Origin: Myxococcales bacterium
Lineage (GTDB): Bacteria > Myxococcota_A > UBA9042
Reading direction: 5' to 3'
Assembly: GCA_037441385.1 (NCBI GenBank)
Contig: JBBISH010000016.1
Coordinates: 1-64,000, forward strand
Length of the DNA stretch: 64,000 bases
The translations under genes were made by a program, and so were the position numbers. The notes below the pieces were generated by a model, which was not told where the DNA came from, did no database searches, and worked only from the letters and a program-made list of their open reading frames with translations. Shown here piece after piece: positions 32,653 to 42,352 of the stretch. Position 1 is the first letter of the stretch. The number at the start of each line of letters is the position of its first letter.

Positions 32653-35600
32653 CTACTTGCCCACCGTCAAAGACGACGAGCGGTTGACGATGCGGGGGGT
32701 GATGAAGATGAGCAGTTCCGTGCGCTTGTCTTCTTCGCGGCGGGTGCGGAACATCGCGCCGATCAGCGGAATGTCGCCAAAGAACGGCACCTTCTTGGTC
32801 GAGAGCGAGGTGTTGCGGGTATAAATGCCGCCGATCACCGTCGTCTCGCCGTCGCCCAGCAAAAGCTCCGTATTGGCTTCGCGTTGCGTGATGGTCGGGT
32901 TGCCGTCTGCCGCGCGGTTGCTGAAGTCCGGCTCGTTCTTGGTCACGTTCACGGCCAGCTTGACGTTGCCGTCCTGGGTGATATGCGGCGTGGCCGAGAG
33001 CTTCAGGTCGGCGCTGAAGAAGCGCGTCTGCACGCCCTGGGCCGACACGACCGAGATCGGGATCGAGATGCCTTGCTTGATGGTGGCCTGGTAGTTGTCC
33101 AGCGTCAGCACCTTGGGACTCGAGACGATCTTGACCACACCTTCTTGCTCGGCCGCGCTCAAGCGCAGGTTCAAGTTGCCCGCGCCGCCCAGCGAACCCA
33201 AGGTCAGACCGATCGCACCACCGGCGCCGGTACCCACGGCGGCCGGCAGGTTCACGGCGTAGTTCGGAATCGCCGTCGCAACGCCGTCTTTGTTGGGCGC
33301 CTGGCTGTCCGCGCCGCCGCCCACGCCCACCACGCTGGGGAAGGGCAGGCCGGTCTCGTTGCCGTAGACCGAGCTCATGGCGTAGTTGCCGCCCCACTGG
33401 ATACCGACTTCCTTGCTGAACGCCGAGCTGGCCTCGACCACTCGCGCTTCGATCAGCACTTGCGGCGTCTGCCCGTCCAGCTTGCGCACCAGCTCTTCTA
33501 CGGCTGCCACGTGGTCTTCGGTGTCGGTGACCACCAGCGAGTTGGTGCGGGCGTCCATCGTCACCGAGCCCTTCTTGCTCTTGATGGCGTTGGCCTGCGG
33601 CACGAGCTGTTCGGCCTGGGCGTAGTTGACCGGAATGATGCGGACGACCAGCTGCTTGACCTCTTCCAGCTTCTGCCGGCGCTCGACTTCGGCGTCGAAC
33701 TCCTTCTTCAGCGAGTCGATGGTCGCGACGCGGATCACGCCGGCCTGGCGCACGTAGTCGTAGCCGCGGGCGCGCAGGATCACGTCCAGCGCCAGGTCCC
33801 ACGGGATGTTCTCCAGGTGGAACGTGACTTTGCCTTGGACTTCCGGCCCGGCGATGATGTTCAGCTTGCCTTCCTTGGCCAGGAACGTCAGCACGTGCTG
33901 GATGTCTGCGTCCTTGATGGTCAAGTTGATGCGCTTGCCGGTGTAGCGGCGGTTCTTGCGCCACGGCGTCTTGATGTCGCCGCCCCCTTCGCCGCCACCG
34001 CTGGGGCCGCCGGCATCTTCGGGCGCCATCACAGGTTGCGGGGCCGCGGCCAACACATCGCCGCCCGACTTCACGGCGCGCGACACGCCCTTGGGGCCGT
34101 CGGCCACTTCTTGGCGCTCGGCGCCTTCCACGCGGTCAAAGTCCCACATCAGCTGGCCGTCACGCAGCGTCACGCGGTCGGCGGCGCGATCGCTCAGATC
34201 GACCACGACGCGCACTTCGTCCTGCACACCCTCGGGCCGGAACACGGTGACGCGCTCGAGCGGACCTTGCAGCGCCTTGGTGTCGTAGGCGCGCTGCAGG
34301 TGCTCGGGCAGGCGCACGCCGCGCACGGCCAAGACGACGCGGTTGGGCTGGCGGCTGACCACTTCGGCGCGCGCCATCTCGGCGCCGCCACCCAGGGCTA
34401 GCTCGACGTGGCCGCGGCGCCGACCTTCGGCCGTGATGCGCACGTCGTCGATGCGGCCCATGTCGTCGCTCTTGGCGGCGCGCTCGTTGCGGGCCTTCTG
34501 CCGCTCTTGCTCGGCTTCGCGGCGCAGCACCTGGGCCTGGGCGGCGGCCTGCTCGGCGGCAGCCTCGGCATTGCGGCGCTGCTCGGCACCCTGGGCCTCG
34601 CGGCGGGCGCGCTGCAACTCGTCGGCCAGGCGCTGCTTCTCGGCGCGCTCGGCCGCCAAACGCTGCTCCTGCTCGGCGATGCGGCGCTCGGCGTCGGCGG
34701 TCTGGCGCGACTCGGCCTCGCGCTCTTGCCGCTCGCGCTCGGCGCGCGCTTCCAGAACGGCGATGCGGGCCTGCTGGCGCTGCACGTAGTCGCCACCGCC
34801 CTTGCTGCCCGCCGCCGCTTCGGCCTGCTTGCGCCGGTTCTGCTCGGCGGCCAACTGCGACTGCAGGTCCTGCTCGCGCTGGACGTACTTCTCTTCCAGG
34901 GCTTTTTCGCGGGCCTCGTGCTCGGCCTGCAGCTGGGCGCGCACGGTGGCCAGCTCTTTCTCTACGCGCTCTTGGGTGCGCTTTTGCTGCTCGGCAGCGG
35001 CCTTTTCGGCCATGGCCACCTTGGCGCGCACGTCGTCGACCGCGCGTTCGGCCGCCACGATGCGAGCGCGCGACGAGGCGCGATCGCTGCGCATGGCTTC
35101 GAGCTCGCCTTCGCGGGCACGCAGGTTGCGCGACAGATCACCCATCTTCTCTTCGGCTTGCCGGCGAGCGGCCTGCTCGCGTTCGGCTTCGCGCCGCGCC
35201 GCCGCCACCGCCTGGTCGCGGTCGTGCAGCGCCTTCTTGGCCATCTCGGTGTCCTTGCTCAGGCGCTGCGTCTCGCGCTGCGCGGCCTGCGCCTCCTGGT
35301 GCCGACCGGCCGCCGCCGCCGCCTGCTCGCGCCGCTTGGACTCGCCCAGGGCGCGGTTCAGGGCGTCGATGCGCTCTTGGGTCTTGGCCTGCAGGTTGCG
35401 CAGCTCGGCCTCGCGCTGGTCCAGCAGACCCTGTACGGCCTCGGCCTGCTTGCTGGCGGCCGCAGCCTGCTGGCTTGCGGCCACGGCCTTGCGCGACTCT
35501 TGGGCCCGCGCCGCTTCCTTTTCGCGAAGTTGCGCCTCGTACGAGTTGCTGAGCGCCTGCTCGCGACGGGCCAGTTCGGCCTTCAACTCCATGCGCACCT

Positions 35601-38600
35601 GGGCCACACGATCTTCGGCATCGCGCTCCATCTTGCGGACTTCGGCGTCGCGGGCGGCCATCGACGCGTCGATCTGCTTGCGCAGCGCGGCCACCTGAGC
35701 CTCGGCCTGAGCGACCGACTTGCCTTGATCCTGGCCACCCACGCGCAACCGCTGCAGCTCCGCCTCGCGCTCGGCCAGGGCCGTCTGCAGGCGCTGTGCC
35801 TCTTGCTCTGCCGCCGCGCGGGCTTCGGCTTGCCGCTTGGACTCGCCGACTGCATTTTGCAGCGCCGTCTCGCGGGCCTTCAGATCCGTTTGCAGGGATC
35901 CCAGCGCCGTCTCTAGGCTCTTGCGCTCTTCCTTCGCCTTGTCCGCCTCGGCCGCGCGGCCCTTGGCCTGGGCGTCCTTTTCGCGCTGGCTGGCTTCGTC
36001 CAGCTGGGCTTCCAGAGCCGCCTGGCGGACTTGCATCTCGTCGTGCAGCCGTTGCAGCTCTTGCTCGCGGTCCTTCAGCAAGCCTTCGACGCGGGAGGCG
36101 CGCTCTTGCGCCTGGCGCGCCTGCTCGCCGCGCTCGCTCTGGACGCGGGCCAACTCGCGGGCGTGGGCCTGCTCCAGCTCTTGCCGCATCGCGCCCAGCC
36201 GGCTGTCGAACTGCTCGGCCATGGCCCTTTCGCGGCGGGCCTGATCGGCAAGCTGACTCTGCAGGCGCTGGCGGGCCTCGGCCACGGCGCGCTGGGCGCT
36301 GGCCATTTCGTCCGCTTTGGCGGACTTGCGGGACTTCAGGCTGCCCAGCTCGCGCTCGCGGTCGGCCAGGGCCTTTTGCAGGCGATCCGCCTCTTGCTCG
36401 GCTTTGTCACGGGCTTCGGCCTGCAGCTTCGCCTCGCGGCGCGCGGCGGCCACCGCGTCGGTCTGGCTCTGCAGATCCTTGCGCAACTGGGCCTGTGCGG
36501 CTTCCAGCCGCTGGCGCTCTTGGCGGGCGCTCTCTTGATCGGCGCGTCGACCCTCGCGCAGCGCCTTGTCTTCGGCCGCCTTGACCTCGCGCATCTGGGC
36601 CGCAAGTTTGTCCTCGCGCTCGCGGACCGACGCCTTCAGGGCGGCCACTTCTCGCTCACGCGCGGCCAACTGCTGTTCCACGCCCTGGGCGCGCTGAGCC
36701 GCAGCCGAGCGCTCGCGTTCCAGATCCGCCACCGCCGCCTTGGCGCGCTGCAGCTCGGCCTGCGACGAGGCCAGCTCGGCGCGGACACCCTGCAACTGCC
36801 CCTGCAGCTTGGCCTGCAGCTCGGCCACCTGGCGATCCTGGTCGGCTTGCTGGGCCGCAAGTTGCTGGCGCGCCTTCTGCACCTCGGCTTGGGCCGCGGC
36901 GATCTGATGGTTCGAAGCAGCTTTGCCCTTGGCCAACTCGGCCAGCGCTGCTTCGCGCTCGGCCAGACTGTTGCGCAGCTTTTGGGCCTCGGCCTCGGCC
37001 TGCTGACGCGCCTTGCCGTTGCGCTCCGCCTCGCCGCGGGCCGTCGCCAACTCGCGATCGCGACTGGCCAGCTCTTTGGCCAGCTCGGCCTGCTTGGCCT
37101 CGATGTCGCCGCGCGCCTTTTGCGCCGCCGCCAGCTCACTCTGCTTGCCGGCCCGCTTGGCTTCATCTTCGCGGGCCTTGGCCTGACTCAGCTCGGCCTT
37201 CAGGTTTGCCTCGCGGTCCTTCAGGGCGGTGCGCAGGTTCTGCAACTCGCGCTCGCGCTGATCCAGCAGGTCTTGCACTTGCGCTGCCCGCTGGGCTGCC
37301 GCGGCGTTCTCGCGCTGCAATTCGGCCTTCTCGGCGCGCAGGTCGGCCAGCTGGGCTTGCGCCGCCGCCAAGTCCTTTTGCACGCCCTGCAGCTGACCCT
37401 GGAGCTTTTGCTGCAGCGCGGCCAATTGCGCATCGCGCTCGGCCTCTTGATCGCGCAGCTTGGCGCGCGCGGCTGCCACTTCCGCTTCGGCCTTGGCGAT
37501 CTGCTGACGGCTCGCAGCGGTGCCCTGACCGAGCGATTGCAGGGCGGCCTCGCGCTCGGCCAGCGCCGACCGGAGCTTCTGATTCTCGACCTCGGCTTGC
37601 TGCCGGGCCTGGGTGGTCTTTTCGACTTCGCGGCGCGCGGCCTTCAACTCCTCGTCGCGGCGGCTCAATTCGCGGGCCGCTTCGGCCTGACGACGCTCGA
37701 CGTCGGCACGGGCCTGGCGGGCGGCCTCGACTTCGGCTTGCTTGCCGGCTCGCTCGGCCGCCTGCTCGCGCTGGCGGGCTTGCGCCAGTTCGGCCTGCAG
37801 ACCCGACTCCTTGTTCTGCAGCGTTGTCCGCAGGTTCTGCAGCTCGCGCTCGCGCTGGGCCAGCAGGTCTTGGACTTGCTCGGCGCGGGCGGCGGCGGCG
37901 GCCTTCTGCCGCTCCAGATCGGCGTTTTGCTTCTTCAGGCCTGCGACTTCGGCTTGGGCCGAGGCCAGATCGCGCTGCACTTCGTCCAGCTGACCCTGCA
38001 ATTTTTGCTGCATGGCCTGCAGTTGCCGGTCGCGCTCGGCGGCCTGCGCCACCAACTGCGCTCGGGCCGCGGCAACCTGGGCCTGCGCCTGCTGGATCTG
38101 CTGGGCGCTCGCGTCCTTGCCCTTGGCCAGGGACTGCAGCGCAGCCTCGCGGTCGGCCAGCACGTTGCGCAGGCGCTCGGCTTCCTGCTCGGCTTGCTTG
38201 CGGGCCTGGGTATTGCGCTCCACGTCTTGACGGGCAGCCGCCAGATCCGCGTCGCGCTTGACCAATTCCTTGCTCAGTTCGGCTTGGCGGGCGCGAATGG
38301 TCTCTTGGGCTTGCTGCGCAGCCGCGACTTCCGCCGCCTTGCCGCCTTGCTTGGCCTGCGCTTCGCGGGCCTTGGCCTCGGCCAATTCCGCGGCCAGCGA
38401 CGACTCGCGATCCTTCAGGGCCAGGCGCAGGTTTTGCAGCTCGCGCTCGCGCTGCCCCAGCAGATCCTGGACGCGACCGGCGCGCTCGGCCGCGGCAGCC
38501 TTCTCGCGCTCAAGGTCGGCCACCTTGGCCTGGCTGGCCGCCAGCTTGCGCTCACTCTCGGCCGCCCGCTCTTCGGCCAGGCGCCACTTGCGCTCGGCCT

Positions 38601-39777
38601 GCTCGCGCTCGTAGTCGGCGCGCTTGGCCTTTTCCAGGGCGTTCTCGGTGTCCATCAAGCGGCTGCGCGCCGCGGCGAGTTCGCCGGCCAGTTGCTCCTG
38701 CTTGCGCTTGGCCTCGGCGTCCGAACCCGCGCGCGCGGCCTGCAGATCGCGGTCTTTTTCGGCCAAGATCTTCTTGAGGTGCTCGACTTCTTCGGCTTGG
38801 GCTTGCCGGCGCGACTCGCTGGCCCGGCGCATCTCGTCGCGGAGCTGCTCGGCCTGTTGCTTGGCCCTTTCCAGCTCGGCTTGCAGCACCGCCAAACGCT
38901 CGTCGCGGGCCGCGCCTTCTTGCTTTTGCAGCGCGGCGATCTGCTGGCGCAGCAGTTCCACGCGCGCTTCCTCGGATTGCCGTTGCGCGACCACAGCTTG
39001 CAGCGAGGCGCGCTCTTTGTTCAGCTCGGCGCGCAAGGCGTCAGCGGCCTTCTGCTCGCTCGCCAGCCGGGCGGCGGCAGCTTGGGCGGCCTGCTCGGCG
39101 TCGGCTAGGCGCTTCTTGAGCGCCTCTTGGGCCTGCAGGTCGGTCTTGGCGCGCGCCAGTTCGTCGGCCAGGCGGTTGCGCTCGTCTTGCGCTTGCTTAC
39201 TGGCCAGCGCGGCTTGCTCTTCGCGGGCGCGGGTGGCGCGCAGTTCGTCGGCCAGCTGCTTTTCGCGCGCGGCGGCGGTCTTGACGGCCTGCTCGTTGGC
39301 CGCCACCTGGGCGCTCTGGGCCTGGTTCAGCTTGCGGTCGCTGCCGTCGACCACGACCACGACGGTATTGCCGTCGGCGCGGACGTGGTACAGGGCATCT
39401 TGTTCAAAGGTCACGACAATTCGACCCACCGGCGCGCCCGACTTCTTGGTCGACTGCACCTCGATGGACCGCACCACGCCGTTGCCCACGTACTTGGGTG
39501 CTTCCAGCCCTTGCACGTCGCTGCCCGCCACGTCGATGAACAGGCGCGAGGGCTTGTCCAGGCGGAAAGTCGTAAACGTAGGCGCCGCCAGACCGCGCAC
39601 CGTGATGACGGTGGTCTGGGTCGCTTCTTGCACGTCGACGGCGGTCAGGGTGTTGCTCGCCTGGCCAGTGCCCTCGGCCGCGAACAAAGGCGTCGCCGGC
39701 AGGGCCATGGTCGTCGACAAGAACAAGCCCATCGACGAGCGCAGCAGCCGCTTGGCCATCGTTTGCTTGGTTCTCAT
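32653..39777 (-). CDS. pilQ: Type IV pilus secretin PilQ, giant form (2374 aa): signal peptide, AMIN, ~1620-aa helical insert, AMIN, N0/N1, secretin
   Basis: GAGGAG RBS. AMIN-like FRLDKPSRLFIDV near the N-terminus and a second AMIN-like segment from ~aa 1775. YTGKRINLTIKDADI...IPWDLALDVIL, PQVLIEARVVE and TELLIFITPRIV. Follows pilMNOP. Confidence 0.95.
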   Translation of the reverse strand: MRTKQTMAKRLLRSSMGLFLSTTMALPATPLFAAEGTGQASNTLTAVDVQEATQTTVITVRGLAAPTFTTFRLDKPSRLFIDVAGSDVQGLEAPKYVGNGVVRSIEVQSTKKSGAPVGRIVVTFEQDALYHVRADGNTVVVVVDGSDRKLNQAQSAQVAANEQAVKTAAAREKQLADELRATRAREEQAALASKQAQDERNRLADELARAKTDLQAQEALKKRLADAEQAAQAAAARLASEQKAADALRAELNKERASLQAVVAQRQSEEARVELLRQQIAALQKQEGAARDERLAVLQAELERAKQQAEQLRDEMRRASESRRQAQAEEVEHLKKILAEKDRDLQAARAGSDAEAKRKQEQLAGELAAARSRLMDTENALEKAKRADYEREQAERKWRLAEERAAESERKLAASQAKVADLEREKAAAAERAGRVQDLLGQRERELQNLRLALKDRESSLAAELAEAKAREAQAKQGGKAAEVAAAQQAQETIRARQAELSKELVKRDADLAAARQDVERNTQARKQAEQEAERLRNVLADREAALQSLAKGKDASAQQIQQAQAQVAAARAQLVAQAAERDRQLQAMQQKLQGQLDEVQRDLASAQAEVAGLKKQNADLERQKAAAAARAEQVQDLLAQRERELQNLRTTLQNKESGLQAELAQARQREQAAERAGKQAEVEAARQARADVERRQAEAARELSRRDEELKAARREVEKTTQARQQAEVENQKLRSALAEREAALQSLGQGTAASRQQIAKAEAEVAAARAKLRDQEAERDAQLAALQQKLQGQLQGVQKDLAAAQAQLADLRAEKAELQRENAAAAQRAAQVQDLLDQRERELQNLRTALKDREANLKAELSQAKAREDEAKRAGKQSELAAAQKARGDIEAKQAELAKELASRDRELATARGEAERNGKARQQAEAEAQKLRNSLAEREAALAELAKGKAASNHQIAAAQAEVQKARQQLAAQQADQDRQVAELQAKLQGQLQGVRAELASSQAELQRAKAAVADLERERSAAAQRAQGVEQQLAAREREVAALKASVREREDKLAAQMREVKAAEDKALREGRRADQESARQERQRLEAAQAQLRKDLQSQTDAVAAARREAKLQAEARDKAEQEADRLQKALADRERELGSLKSRKSAKADEMASAQRAVAEARQRLQSQLADQARRERAMAEQFDSRLGAMRQELEQAHARELARVQSERGEQARQAQERASRVEGLLKDREQELQRLHDEMQVRQAALEAQLDEASQREKDAQAKGRAAEADKAKEERKSLETALGSLQTDLKARETALQNAVGESKRQAEARAAAEQEAQRLQTALAEREAELQRLRVGGQDQGKSVAQAEAQVAALRKQIDASMAARDAEVRKMERDAEDRVAQVRMELKAELARREQALSNSYEAQLREKEAARAQESRKAVAASQQAAAASKQAEAVQGLLDQREAELRNLQAKTQERIDALNRALGESKRREQAAAAAGRHQEAQAAQRETQRLSKDTEMAKKALHDRDQAVAAARREAEREQAARRQAEEKMGDLSRNLRAREGELEAMRSDRASSRARIVAAERAVDDVRAKVAMAEKAAAEQQKRTQERVEKELATVRAQLQAEHEAREKALEEKYVQREQDLQSQLAAEQNRRKQAEAAAGSKGGGDYVQRQQARIAVLEARAERERQEREAESRQTADAERRIAEQEQRLAAERAEKQRLADELQRARREAQGAEQRRNAEAAAEQAAAQAQVLRREAEQERQKARNERAAKSDDMGRIDDVRITAEGRRRGHVELALGGGAEMARAEVVSRQPNRVVLAVRGVRLPEHLQRAYDTKALQGPLERVTVFRPEGVQDEVRVVVDLSDRAADRVTLRDGQLMWDFDRVEGAERQEVADGPKGVSRAVKSGGDVLAAAPQPVMAPEDAGGPSGGGEGGGDIKTPWRKNRRYTGKRINLTIKDADIQHVLTFLAKEGKLNIIAGPEVQGKVTFHLENIPWDLALDVILRARGYDYVRQAGVIRVATIDSLKKEFDAEVERRQKLEEVKQLVVRIIPVNYAQAEQLVPQANAIKSKKGSVTMDARTNSLVVTDTEDHVAAVEELVRKLDGQTPQVLIEARVVEASSAFSKEVGIQWGGNYAMSSVYGNETGLPFPSVVGVGGGADSQAPNKDGVATAIPNYAVNLPAAVGTGAGGAIGLTLGSLGGAGNLNLRLSAAEQEGVVKIVSSPKVLTLDNYQATIKQGISIPISVVSAQGVQTRFFSADLKLSATPHITQDGNVKLAVNVTKNEPDFSNRAADGNPTITQREANTELLLGDGETTVIGGIYTRNTSLSTKKVPFFGDIPLIGAMFRTRREEDKRTELLIFITPRIVNRSSSLTVGK
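34840..38472 (-). repeat. Six diverged ~597-bp (199-aa) coding repeats inside pilQ
   Basis: Anchor V[QE]xxLxxRExE[LV] starts at 38472, 37875, 37278, 36681, 36090 and 35436 (spacings 597, 597, 597, 591, 654 bp). Confidence 0.9.
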
Positions 39778-39837
39778 TGCGGTTCTCCTCGCTGGTCTCG
39801 CTCGCCGTCGGCCACGATGGGGCCGCGTCGGGCGGGG

Positions 39838-40509
39838 TCAGGGTACGTCGCCAACATCTTCGTCGCCGGGTTCGCCCACCGAGATGGGCGGAGCCAGCGA
39901 CAACGTCACCGGTTTCTCTTTGCCGGGCACAGACAGAATCACCTTGTACTGGGTGATCGCCGTCACGCGCGCCCCGTCGTTGCCCAATGCGTCGCCGCGC
40001 ACCACGTCGCAGCGCCCGCCATCGGGATCCGTAAACACGGCCTTGGGTTGCGCCACGCCGGTCATGATCATGAACAGGACATAGCGCTCGATTGGGCCTT
40101 TGGTCGCACAGGTGTCAGGCAGGTCCGCGGGCCGCTCGTCCATGCCCACGGGCTGGTCCACCACGGCTTGCTCGGGCACCTTGGGCCACTCGACGACCTT
40201 GGTCGTGTTGTCCAGCGACCAATTCACCACGCCGTCGATGGGCTCTTTGGTATACCGGTCGAACAAACCCTTGATGGGCCGCCACTTGGGATTCTCGCCC
40301 AACACTTGATACGCGCCCGAGGCGGCGCTGCTGCTCGAGTTGCTGGACTCCGTGCCGGCCAAGCGGTTCAGGGCCTGGTTCATGTCCTTGGGTGGCGGCT
40401 TCTTGGCCTCGCCGCCGCCGCCACATGCCACCAGCGCCAGCGATGCCAACGCCAGCAGCGCGCGCGCCGCTGGCTTGCCCAGCATGTTCAGGACAGCTGA
40501 CTGCAGCAT
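39838..40509 (-). CDS. pilP: PilP-like lipoprotein
   Basis: Lies between pilO and pilQ with a TGATG overlap. Lipobox LVAC, beta domain IMTGVAQPKAVFTDPDGG...GDALGNDGARVTAI. Confidence 0.85.
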   Translation of the reverse strand: MLQSAVLNMLGKPAARALLALASLALVACGGGGEAKKPPPKDMNQALNRLAGTESSNSSSSAASGAYQVLGENPKWRPIKGLFDRYTKEPIDGVVNWSLDNTTKVVEWPKVPEQAVVDQPVGMDERPADLPDTCATKGPIERYVLFMIMTGVAQPKAVFTDPDGGRCDVVRGDALGNDGARVTAITQYKVILSVPGKEKPVTLSLAPPISVGEPGDEDVGDVP

Positions 40510-41255
40510 CAGGTCCTCTTCTTCTTCGGCTTTTCGCGCCGAGCCATGCCTTCTTTGAGCTCGGCCGGCTTGCCGGTCCACACAAAGGCGTAGGCGGTAA
40601 AGGTCGCCCGGATGGTCGTGCGGTCGCGCGCCATGTCGGCCATCTCGAACTTCTCGTACAAAATGGCCTCGGGGCTCTTGTTCGTTTCTTGCTTTTTGTC
40701 GCCTTCCACGGGCTTGTGCGCCGAGTCGTAGGCCGCGCGCACCAGACCGGATTCTGGCACCACTGTTTCGACGCTGATGCCCCGGATGTTGATCAGGCGT
40801 CGGCTCATGCCCGCGTACAACCGCAAAAATTCGATGAACTGCTGGACGGTGCCTTCCAACGTCACCTTGATCGGGATGGCGTTGTAGAGGTCTTCGCTCT
40901 CTTCCTGCAGGCGGTCGAAGCGCTTGATGGTCAAGTGGATGTCGGTGGCGTCGGCCTGGACCCCGTCGATGAACTTGGGGATCTCGTCGGCCGAGGGGAA
41001 GCCGGCGCGGCGCCGTTTGTCCTCTTCGACCAGATCGTCCTTCTCTTTGCGCAGCTTGTCCGCCGCCTCGCTACTGGCCGAGGACTTCAGCGCATTGACG
41101 TCGCGCTCCAGCTTGGTCAACTGCGCGCGCGCTTGATCGGCTTTGCCCAACTCGGGATCGACCAGGCCAAAGTACAGGCCCAGCGCGACGACCACCAGGA
41201 TGCCTGCCAACACCGCGGCCTTTTGGGCGGGCGGCAACTTCATGAACTGTTCCAT
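40509..41255 (-). CDS. pilO: Type IV pilus alignment protein PilO
   Basis: N-terminal TM, coiled coil, FPSADEIPKF, YNAIPIKVTLEGT, RRLINI; operon position. Confidence 0.88.
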   Translation of the reverse strand: MEQFMKLPPAQKAAVLAGILVVVALGLYFGLVDPELGKADQARAQLTKLERDVNALKSSASSEAADKLRKEKDDLVEEDKRRRAGFPSADEIPKFIDGVQADATDIHLTIKRFDRLQEESEDLYNAIPIKVTLEGTVQQFIEFLRLYAGMSRRLINIRGISVETVVPESGLVRAAYDSAHKPVEGDKKQETNKSPEAILYEKFEMADMARDRTTIRATFTAYAFVWTGKPAELKEGMARREKPKKKRT

Positions 41256-41273
41256 GAGTCCTCCTCCCTTGGG

Positions 41274-42344
41274 TTATTCCGCTGCCGGCATCTTGTCGGC
41301 CGGTGCAGCTGCGGGTGGTGGTTCGGCGGCTTGATGGGCAGCCGGCATGGCCGCTTTGCCGTCGTCGCGCGGCAACTCGTCGGCCTTGGCTTTGCCGGCC
41401 TCGGCCTTGGCGGGCTCGGCTTTGGGCGCTTCGGCCTTGGCGTCCGGCGCAGTCGCCGTGTCGGGCTCGCTGTCTTTGGCCTCGGCCGGCGTGTCCGGCG
41501 CCGACCCGGCATCGATGTCGTCGGCTGCCGTCGCCGCTGCGGGCAGGGGCAGTGCCACCTTGGTGCCGATGACGGCCGCGTCGTCGCCGGTGCTGCCTGC
41601 GTCGGCGGCGCCGCCATCCGTAGAGCCAGCGTCCGCGCCATTGCCCGCAGCAGCGCCTTCTTCGGGTTTGGCCGGATTCAGCGGTTCGATCAGATAGACC
41701 AGCGAAGCCCGGATCGAGAATTCGACATAGGTGATGCCGATCTGGTCGTCGCGCTTCTTTTCTTGGTAAATCAGCTTGGGTTCGCGGAAGTACGGGCTCG
41801 ACTCCAAGCGCCACTGCAGCTCGGCCACGTCTTCGTGCCCCAGCGCGCGGCCCTGGATGGTCACCTCGCCGCCCGACTCGCGGTACGTCGTGACCCACGC
41901 GCGGCGCGCGTCCCAGCCCACGTGCCAACCCGCGGCCTCAAAGGCCACCAGATCGGCCGTGGGCGTCTCGTGTTGCTGGCGCGGCTGCAGGATGAACGAC
42001 AGGTATTGCAGGGCGCCCGCCGGCCCGTCCTTTTCGGCAAACAGCTCGTCGAGCACGGCCTTCTGATCGCGGAGTTTCTTGATCTCTTCGGTGGCCAGCG
42101 CGATCGCCTTCTTGTTCTCTTCCAGCTTGACGAGCTCCAGCTTGCGCCGCTCGAGCTGGGACTTGGCGCGCGTCGCCTCTTCCGCGGCGGTGTTTTGCCA
42201 CAGATAGAAAACGGCCAGTTCCATGACCAAGAACAGCACGAACAGCAAGATGCCGACGTTGGGGATATCGGGCAGGCGCAAGCCCGCGCCGCCCTTGCGA
42301 CTTTTCTTACCGGCGCCGCCACCGATCAGGTTGATGCGAATCAT
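41274..42344 (-). CDS. pilN: Type IV pilus alignment protein PilN with a long acidic low-complexity tail
   Basis: MIRINL PilM-binding motif, TM, coiled coil, VTIQGRA..LESSPYF. True start is ATG 42344. Confidence 0.9.
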   Translation of the reverse strand: MIRINLIGGGAGKKSRKGGAGLRLPDIPNVGILLFVLFLVMELAVFYLWQNTAAEEATRAKSQLERRKLELVKLEENKKAIALATEEIKKLRDQKAVLDELFAEKDGPAGALQYLSFILQPRQQHETPTADLVAFEAAGWHVGWDARRAWVTTYRESGGEVTIQGRALGHEDVAELQWRLESSPYFREPKLIYQEKKRDDQIGITYVEFSIRASLVYLIEPLNPAKPEEGAAAGNGADAGSTDGGAADAGSTGDDAAVIGTKVALPLPAAATAADDIDAGSAPDTPAEAKDSEPDTATAPDAKAEAPKAEPAKAEAGKAKADELPRDDGKAAMPAAHQAAEPPPAAAPADKMPAAE

Positions 42345-42352
42345 GCCAGCAC

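Noticed and set aside
34840..38472. pilQ repeats as an assembly duplication
   Set aside because: The units differ extensively in DNA and protein sequence and keep the reading frame.
34408..40500. Long plus-strand ORFs opposite pilQ (e.g. 36031..39108, 1025 aa)
   Set aside because: Antisense shadows caused by high-GC codon bias, with no motifs or RBS. The same applies to 58485..61064, 50892..53165 and 14888..16606.
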